Source of the DNA: Gemmatimonadota bacterium | GTDB taxonomy: Bacteria; Latescibacterota; UBA2968; UBA8231 | NCBI GenBank assembly: GCA_028875345.1 | Contig: JAPPEG010000314.1 | Location: 6,505-70,504, forward strand | Length of the DNA: 64,000 nucleotides | Direction: 5' to 3' | Shown: positions 59,147 to 64,000 of the stretch, in pieces | Position numbering within the stretch: position 1 is the first letter of the stretch | Layout: each line of letters opens with the position of its first letter | Program-made: the position numbers and the translations under genes | The notes under the pieces: generated by a model | Seen by the model: the letters and a program-made list of their open reading frames with translations, nothing else | What the model was told of the DNA's origin: nothing | Database searches by the model: none

Positions 59147-60508
59147 ATGTCTGAGATTCAAGAACAGGTATTGACGCCGCCTACCAGCGCGCTAGTCGAT
59201 ATTTCCCACCGGGACCTGCGCGATGACGAGTATTGGCGTGCCATTCCCGCCTATGCCGATTTGCGCGCCGATGAGTTCCACGAGCACCGCTTTCAGAGCC
59301 GCAATAGCGTGACGAGCCTGAAGAAGCTGCGGGAGGTGCTCGGCGGCCTCGTTTCAGAGGCGTTTTATCGCGATGTCGAGCAAGGGCTTTTGCGCTCGCC
59401 GATGAGTCTGCGGATTTCTCCGTATCTATTGAGCTTGATCGACTGGTCGGAACCCGCTGAGGATCCACTGCGCATTCAGTTTTTGCCCATGGGGTCGCGG
59501 ATGCGACCCGACCACCCAGAACTCGCCCTAGATTCGCTGCACGAGCAAGTAGATTCCCCCGTGCCGGGACTGACGCATCGCTATGCCGACCGGGCGCTGT
59601 TTCTGACGCTCGACACCTGTCCGGTGTACTGTCGTTTCTGCACCCGCTCCTATGCGGTAGGGTTGGATACCGAGGACGTGGAGAAAGTGCATTTTGGAGC
59701 CATTGCCCAGCGATGGGAGCAGGTTTTTGCCTATATCGCTTCACGGCCCGAGTTAGAAGACATCGTCATCAGCGGCGGCGATGTGGCCAACCTCAAGGCC
59801 GAACACATCGAATACATCGGCACTCGCTTGCTCGACATTGAACACGTGCGACGGATGCGCTACGCGACAAAAGCGCCAGCGATCATGCCGCAGAAGCTCG
59901 TCACAGACCGCGAGTGGGTTGATGCCCTTACGCGGGTTGTCGAAGCGGGACGCAAGATCCACAAGGAAGTCGCGTTACACACGCATTTCAACCACCCGCG
60001 CGAAATCACGGCCATCAGCGGCCGCGCACTTGACGAATTGATGGAGCGCGGCATCTGCGTGCGCAACCAAACCGTCTTGCAAAGGGGTGTCAACGACGAC
60101 GTCAATACCATGCAGCATCTCGTGCGGCAGCTCAGCTACCTCAACGTGCATCCGTACTACACCTTTGTTCACGATATGGTGCGCGGGGTCGAAGAGTTGC
60201 GCACGACTTTGGCGACGGCCATTTCCCTAGAGAAGGCGGTGCGCGGGCGGACCGCGGGCTTCAATACGCCGGCCTTTGTACTCGACACCATGGGAGGCGG
60301 GGGGAAGCGCGATGTCCACTCTTACGAACACTACGATCGCCAGACGGGTATCGCTGTATTTACTAGCCCAGCCGTGCGGCCCGGCGAGTTCTTCTTTTAC
60401 TACGATCCCTTAGATGCACTCGACCCGCTGATCGTCCAGCGCTGGAGCGATCCGGCCGAGCGTGCGGCTATGCGGCAAGCGGTGTTAGAAGCCGCCTGCC
60501 AGACGTAG
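59147..60508 (+). CDS. kamA: Lysine 2,3-aminomutase (KamA family radical SAM)
   Basis: CPVYCRFCTRSY cluster motif. The length (453 aa) fits KamA/AblA rather than the short EpmB. Confidence 0.8.
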   Translation: MSEIQEQVLTPPTSALVDISHRDLRDDEYWRAIPAYADLRADEFHEHRFQSRNSVTSLKKLREVLGGLVSEAFYRDVEQGLLRSPMSLRISPYLLSLIDWSEPAEDPLRIQFLPMGSRMRPDHPELALDSLHEQVDSPVPGLTHRYADRALFLTLDTCPVYCRFCTRSYAVGLDTEDVEKVHFGAIAQRWEQVFAYIASRPELEDIVISGGDVANLKAEHIEYIGTRLLDIEHVRRMRYATKAPAIMPQKLVTDREWVDALTRVVEAGRKIHKEVALHTHFNHPREITAISGRALDELMERGICVRNQTVLQRGVNDDVNTMQHLVRQLSYLNVHPYYTFVHDMVRGVEELRTTLATAISLEKAVRGRTAGFNTPAFVLDTMGGGGKRDVHSYEHYDRQTGIAVFTSPAVRPGEFFFYYDPLDALDPLIVQRWSDPAERAAMRQAVLEAACQT

Positions 60509-60605
60509 CGAGCGGGCAGTCACAAGGACTGGCATTTGCCCTTGTGGACTCGTATGTCTTATCTATTAGCAACATTAAACCTTAAGACCATCAGGGTGTA
60601 CAGCA

Positions 60606-62264
60606 ATGGAATATCCAGATATGATCCAAGCATTAGTGGGCTTGGGTCTGCTAGCTTTGGGCGGTGGTCTGGGTTTTCTGCTGAGTTATCAATTAAAAAG
60701 GGGCATCCTACCCCAAGTGGAGAAAGAGGCAGAAGACCGAGTACGGCAGCAGCTAGCCGAAGAGGAGCGTGCAGTGCGGCTGAGCTTGCTCGAAGAACGG
60801 GATGACTGGTATGAAACCAAAGCCCGCCAAGAGGCTGAGTTAGAAGATCAGTTAGCCGATCTGAACCGCCGCGATAAGAGCTTAGCGCAGTTCGTGCGCG
60901 ACCTTAATAGCCAGAAAGAAGAGCAAAACCGGGCGTGGAATCGCCTTAAAAATCAGGAGCAGCGGATTGGCCAGCGCGAACGGACCTTAAAAGGAGAAGA
61001 AGAAGAACTAGGTCAAATACGCGCCGATTACCAGCAACGTCTAGAATTGGCTAGCGGGCTGCCTGCGGACGAGGCGCGAGAACAGATGATGGAGCATCTG
61101 GCCAGCGAGGTCCGCGGGCGAGCGGCGGCCATGATCCGCAGCGAGCGCACCAAGGCTAAGGAAGAGTCGGATCGAGAAGCTAAAAAAATCATCGCCCAAG
61201 CTATTCAGCGCTGTGCAGTTGAAGAGACCGTCCACTTAGTCACCTCGACCGTACCCTTGCCCAACGAGGGAATCAAAAGTCGCATCATCGGCAAGGAAGG
61301 ACGCAACGTACGTGCATTTGAGACGGCGACCGGAGTCAAGGTCGTGGTCGATGATACGCCCGACGCCGTGTTGCTTTCGTCCTACGATCCAGCGCGGCGC
61401 GAAGTGGCTAGCCGTGCCATGCAGCAGCTAATCAGCAGCGGCGGTTTCACTCCAACCAAGATTGAGGAAGTAGTAGAGGAGTGCCGCAAGACCCTAGACC
61501 AAGATATGGTCGAAGTTGGCAAGAGCGCCCTCAGTGAGATTGGGGCTAGCCAGTACCACGCTGATTTGCCCTATTATGTAGGCATGCTCAAATATCGCGC
61601 TAGCTTTGGACAAAACCTTTTACAGCACTGCCTAGAAGTCGCCCATTTGGCCGGCGGGATGGCTGCCGAGGTCGGATTGGATGTGCCGTTGGCCAAGCGG
61701 GCAGGCCTCTTGCACGATATCGGTAAGACCGTCAGTAAGGAGCTAGAAGGGGGCCACGTCGAATTGGGTATCAAGCTAGGCGAACAATTCGACGAGCATC
61801 TGACCGTCAAGGAAGTCATCGCCGAGCACCACGAGGACCACGATCGCCTTTCGCCGATCTGCTTCTTGGTCAAGGCGGCCGATACTATATCGTCGATACG
61901 GCCCGGAGGACGGCGCGAGGACCTTGAAGGTTATACCCGCCGCATTATGCGTTTAGAAGAAATCGCGACTTCGTTTGCGGGCGTCACAGACGTGTACGCC
62001 ATCAACGCCGGCCGCGAGATCCGCGTCATGGTCTGTGGCGAACAGATCGGGGATGAAGACGCCGAGATGCTGGCATTCGACATAGCCGAGCGAGTCAAGA
62101 CCGAGTTGACTTTTGCCGGCCAAGTTAAGGTCGTGGTCGTGCGTCAGACGCAGGTGGTGCGTCATACCGAGCGGGGACGTGGAGATCGGCGCAATGGCGA
62201 TGCTCGCAATAGGAGCGGTCGTCGGCCGCGCAACGGAGGCCATAGAGGGAGTGCCGAGAGCTAA
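60606..62264 (+). CDS. rny: Ribonuclease Y with C-terminal Arg/Gly-rich tail
   Basis: N-terminal TM segment, long coiled coil, KH domain (IIGKEGRNVRAFE), HD domain (LLHDIGK). An extra ~30-aa tail, RGRGDRRNGDARNRSGRRPRNGGHRG, follows. Confidence 0.88.
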   Translation: MEYPDMIQALVGLGLLALGGGLGFLLSYQLKRGILPQVEKEAEDRVRQQLAEEERAVRLSLLEERDDWYETKARQEAELEDQLADLNRRDKSLAQFVRDLNSQKEEQNRAWNRLKNQEQRIGQRERTLKGEEEELGQIRADYQQRLELASGLPADEAREQMMEHLASEVRGRAAAMIRSERTKAKEESDREAKKIIAQAIQRCAVEETVHLVTSTVPLPNEGIKSRIIGKEGRNVRAFETATGVKVVVDDTPDAVLLSSYDPARREVASRAMQQLISSGGFTPTKIEEVVEECRKTLDQDMVEVGKSALSEIGASQYHADLPYYVGMLKYRASFGQNLLQHCLEVAHLAGGMAAEVGLDVPLAKRAGLLHDIGKTVSKELEGGHVELGIKLGEQFDEHLTVKEVIAEHHEDHDRLSPICFLVKAADTISSIRPGGRREDLEGYTRRIMRLEEIATSFAGVTDVYAINAGREIRVMVCGEQIGDEDAEMLAFDIAERVKTELTFAGQVKVVVVRQTQVVRHTERGRGDRRNGDARNRSGRRPRNGGHRGSAES

Positions 62265-62280
62265 ATTCGCCTCAACTGAA

Positions 62281-63447
62281 ATGGCTGACGACCCTAAAAA
62301 AATCGTCGTTCTCGGCTGCACCGGGTCCATTGGCGACACGTGTTTCAAAGTCCTCGAAAACTTGGGAAATGGGTACGAGATCGTGGGATTGGCAGGTGGG
62401 TCCAAGGTCGAGAAGCTGATTGCGCGCGCGCGTTGTTGGCAGCCGCAAAAAATTTGCGTTATAGACACCGAGGCCAGAAAGTGGGTGCAGAGCGCAATAC
62501 CGCAGGTCGAAGTGGTTTGTGGTGCAGAGGGGCTGTGTGAACTGGCCACCATGCCGGAAGCAGATCTGGTGCTCAACGGGCTTGTCGGCGCTGTCGGCCT
62601 CGCTCCGACGCTGGCGGCGTTGGCACAGGGCAAGACCGTGGCCATGGCCAACAAAGAACCCCTAGTTATGGCGGGCGGTTTAATTTTGCAGCAAGCCGAG
62701 CGCGGCGGGGGGGCCGTGCTGCCATTGGATAGTGAGCCTAACGCCATTTGGCAGTGCCTGAAAGGCGAAGGTCGCAAAAGCCTGAAGCGGATAATTCTCA
62801 CGGCCTCTGGAGGGCCGTTTTGGGGGCGCAGTCGCGAACAGATGCGCGACATTACCCCGGAGCAGGCCATTGATCACCCCACTTGGAAAATGGGTCCCAA
62901 GATCAGCGTGGATTCGGCAACCCTGATGAACAAAGGCTTTGAAGTCATCGAGGCGGCTTGGCTCTTTGGCTTGGCGGTCGAACAAGTGGATGTGGTCGTC
63001 CACCGACAATCGGTTGTGCATGCGCTGGTTGAATTCGTCGATGGATCGCTGTTGGCGCACATGGGCAAGACCGATATGATGCTGCCGATCCAATATGCGC
63101 TGACTCACCCAGAGCGGCGGGAGGTTCATCTCGACAATCTCGATCTCAATCAAGTAGGTCAACTGAGTTTTGCCGCGCCAGACAGAGCGAATTTTCCCTG
63201 TTTGGATTTGTGCTACGAAGCAGGCCGGAGTGGTGGGACCTTTCCAGCCGTCCTCAACGCGGCCAACGAGGAGGCGGTGAGGGCTTTTTTGGCGCGGAAA
63301 ATCGGATTTCTCGCTATCGCCGACCTGAATCGCGACGTGTTGGCACACTGCGGCACACAGGAGGCGGTTTCGCTCGAATCTATACTAGACGAGGATCGCT
63401 GCGCACGGCGGCTGGCCCGGGAGTGGGTCGCCGGGCGGGCGGGGTAA
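62281..63447 (+). CDS. dxr: 1-deoxy-D-xylulose-5-phosphate reductoisomerase
   Basis: The ATG at 62281 gives MADDPKKIVVLGCTGSIGDTCFKVL. Also LANKE.., SGGPF and HPTWKMG. Confidence 0.9.
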   Translation: MADDPKKIVVLGCTGSIGDTCFKVLENLGNGYEIVGLAGGSKVEKLIARARCWQPQKICVIDTEARKWVQSAIPQVEVVCGAEGLCELATMPEADLVLNGLVGAVGLAPTLAALAQGKTVAMANKEPLVMAGGLILQQAERGGGAVLPLDSEPNAIWQCLKGEGRKSLKRIILTASGGPFWGRSREQMRDITPEQAIDHPTWKMGPKISVDSATLMNKGFEVIEAAWLFGLAVEQVDVVVHRQSVVHALVEFVDGSLLAHMGKTDMMLPIQYALTHPERREVHLDNLDLNQVGQLSFAAPDRANFPCLDLCYEAGRSGGTFPAVLNAANEEAVRAFLARKIGFLAIADLNRDVLAHCGTQEAVSLESILDEDRCARRLAREWVAGRAG

Positions 63448-63451
63448 ATTT

Positions 63452-63724
63452 ATGGCGGAAGACACCAACGCAGCACGGTACAAAACCTTGGCGTTATGCC
63501 AGAAGATACTCCGCATCAACACTGGGGTCATACTTGCGGCTTTCGCGCTCATCATAATTCTTACCACGATCTCAACTGCGGAATGGGTGCGAGCGACCGG
63601 CAAGGTACTCTACTACGCCATTGTGTTGGAGGCTCTCGGATCGGTAGGGACTTGGTACTGCCGCACCCGTTTGGAGAAAGCGCTGGCAAGGGTCGAGGGG
63701 GATAGCCCGCATGGAGACCATTAA
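63452..63724 (+). CDS. Small two-TM hypothetical protein
   Basis: It is 90 aa with hydrophobic segments GVILAAFALIIILTTI and VLYYAIVLEALGSVG. It overlaps the queD start by 14 nt. Confidence 0.4.
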   Translation: MAEDTNAARYKTLALCQKILRINTGVILAAFALIIILTTISTAEWVRATGKVLYYAIVLEALGSVGTWYCRTRLEKALARVEGDSPHGDH

Positions 63725-64000
63725 GGCGCGGGGTAAATTCCACGCCGCACATCGGCAGCTAGACTACGACGGCAAATGTGCCTATGTCCACGGGCATACT
63801 TGGCGCGGCGCATTCGTCATCCGCACCGAGCGTTTTCCGCGGCTGGAAAAACTGGATATGTCTGTTGACTTCGGCGCGCTCAAGGACATCTTCAAATTCT
63901 TGGATCACAAGATGTTGGTTTCCGCGCGGGATGCGACCTTTCTAGACGCCAAGCTCTTCGATTCACAAGGCGTCGTGGTCATGCCAGGTGAAAATCCGAG
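63711..64000 (+). CDS. queD: 6-carboxytetrahydropterin synthase / PTPS family (QueD), 3' end outside window
   Basis: This gene is not in the ORF track because it has no stop in the window. My own translation from the ATG at 63711 is METIKARGKFHAAHRQLDYDGKCAYVHGHTWRGAFVI..DFGALKDIFKFLDHKML, which carries the PTPS/QueD signatures (AAH..C..HGH, DF..LK..LDH). Confidence 0.75.
   Translation, partial: METIKARGKFHAAHRQLDYDGKCAYVHGHTWRGAFVIRTERFPRLEKLDMSVDFGALKDIFKFLDHKMLVSARDATFLDAKLFDSQGVVVMPGENP

Noticed and set aside
60530-60546. TGGCATTTGC upstream of rny that looks sigma-54-like
   Set aside because: The GG and GC dinucleotides are 7 nt apart instead of the required 12 (GG-N10-GC). This is not a -24/-12 promoter.
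61953-63348. Minus-strand ORFs of 305 aa (61953-62870) and 222 aa (62680-63348) over rny and dxr
   Set aside because: They are antisense to two highly conserved housekeeping genes, and their translations are low-complexity.

Overview
Visibly GC-rich (about 60% by eye, not computed) bacterial chromosomal segment, densely coding on both strands. I support about 54 protein genes and one tRNA-Thr(CGU). I found no rRNA, CRISPR array, transposase, integrase or phage genes. The window begins exactly at GGATCC, so it may be a clone end. Two genes run off the edges: a TPR gene at the 5' end and queD at the 3' end. Lineage inference: six secreted proteins carry C-terminal domains that look like type IX secretion (T9SS) sorting signals, four type-B-like (..PNGDG[VI]ND..) and two type-A-like (..NYPNPFN..LTLLK). 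This points to the Fibrobacteres-Chlorobi-Bacteroidetes (FCB) group, yet the visible promoters are classical TTGACA/TATAAT rather than Bacteroidia-type. Layout: (1) 1-22 kb is a cell-surface island. It holds a TPR protein, a parvulin PPIase lipoprotein, and a six-gene operon of four large discoidin-like paralogs, a low-GC lipoprotein and a His-motif polytopic membrane/TPR protein. These are followed by a CRTAC1/ASPIC-UnbV FG-GAP protein and two tandem PQQ-sugar-dehydrogenase-like paralogs, one carrying a two-CxxCH heme module. (2) A low-GC VapC/Phd-type toxin-antitoxin islet at 22.0-22.9 kb. (3) Housekeeping genes: miaB, mtaB, pcrA, mltG, an ABC-2 exporter, DUF420, tRNA-Thr, an orphan ftsA, ssb, eno. 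(4) A tightly coupled operon of Wzi-like outer-membrane protein, GT2, radical-SAM/SPASM and GT2 at 36.9-42.1 kb, then nth. (5) A Usp-Usp-EIIA(Ntr) fusion and a small catabolic cluster (epimerase, M20 amidohydrolase, TIM-barrel isomerase, D-amino-acid aminotransferase, aldehyde dehydrogenase, Na/solute symporter). (6) A PspA-centred envelope-stress module with a near-consensus sigma-54 promoter, two duplicated PspB-like mini-proteins, a soluble TPR histidine kinase and a receiver-AAA+ sigma-54 activator. (7) nifU-sod-prx, folE, kamA, rny, dxr, queD. The best candidates for an undescribed system are the discoidin/type-B-CTD operon with its His-rich membrane partner (2960-14855), the Wzi-GT2-rSAM/SPASM-GT2 operon, and the two-component/sigma-54-wired Psp module. 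All family assignments come from motif recognition by eye; no database search was run.
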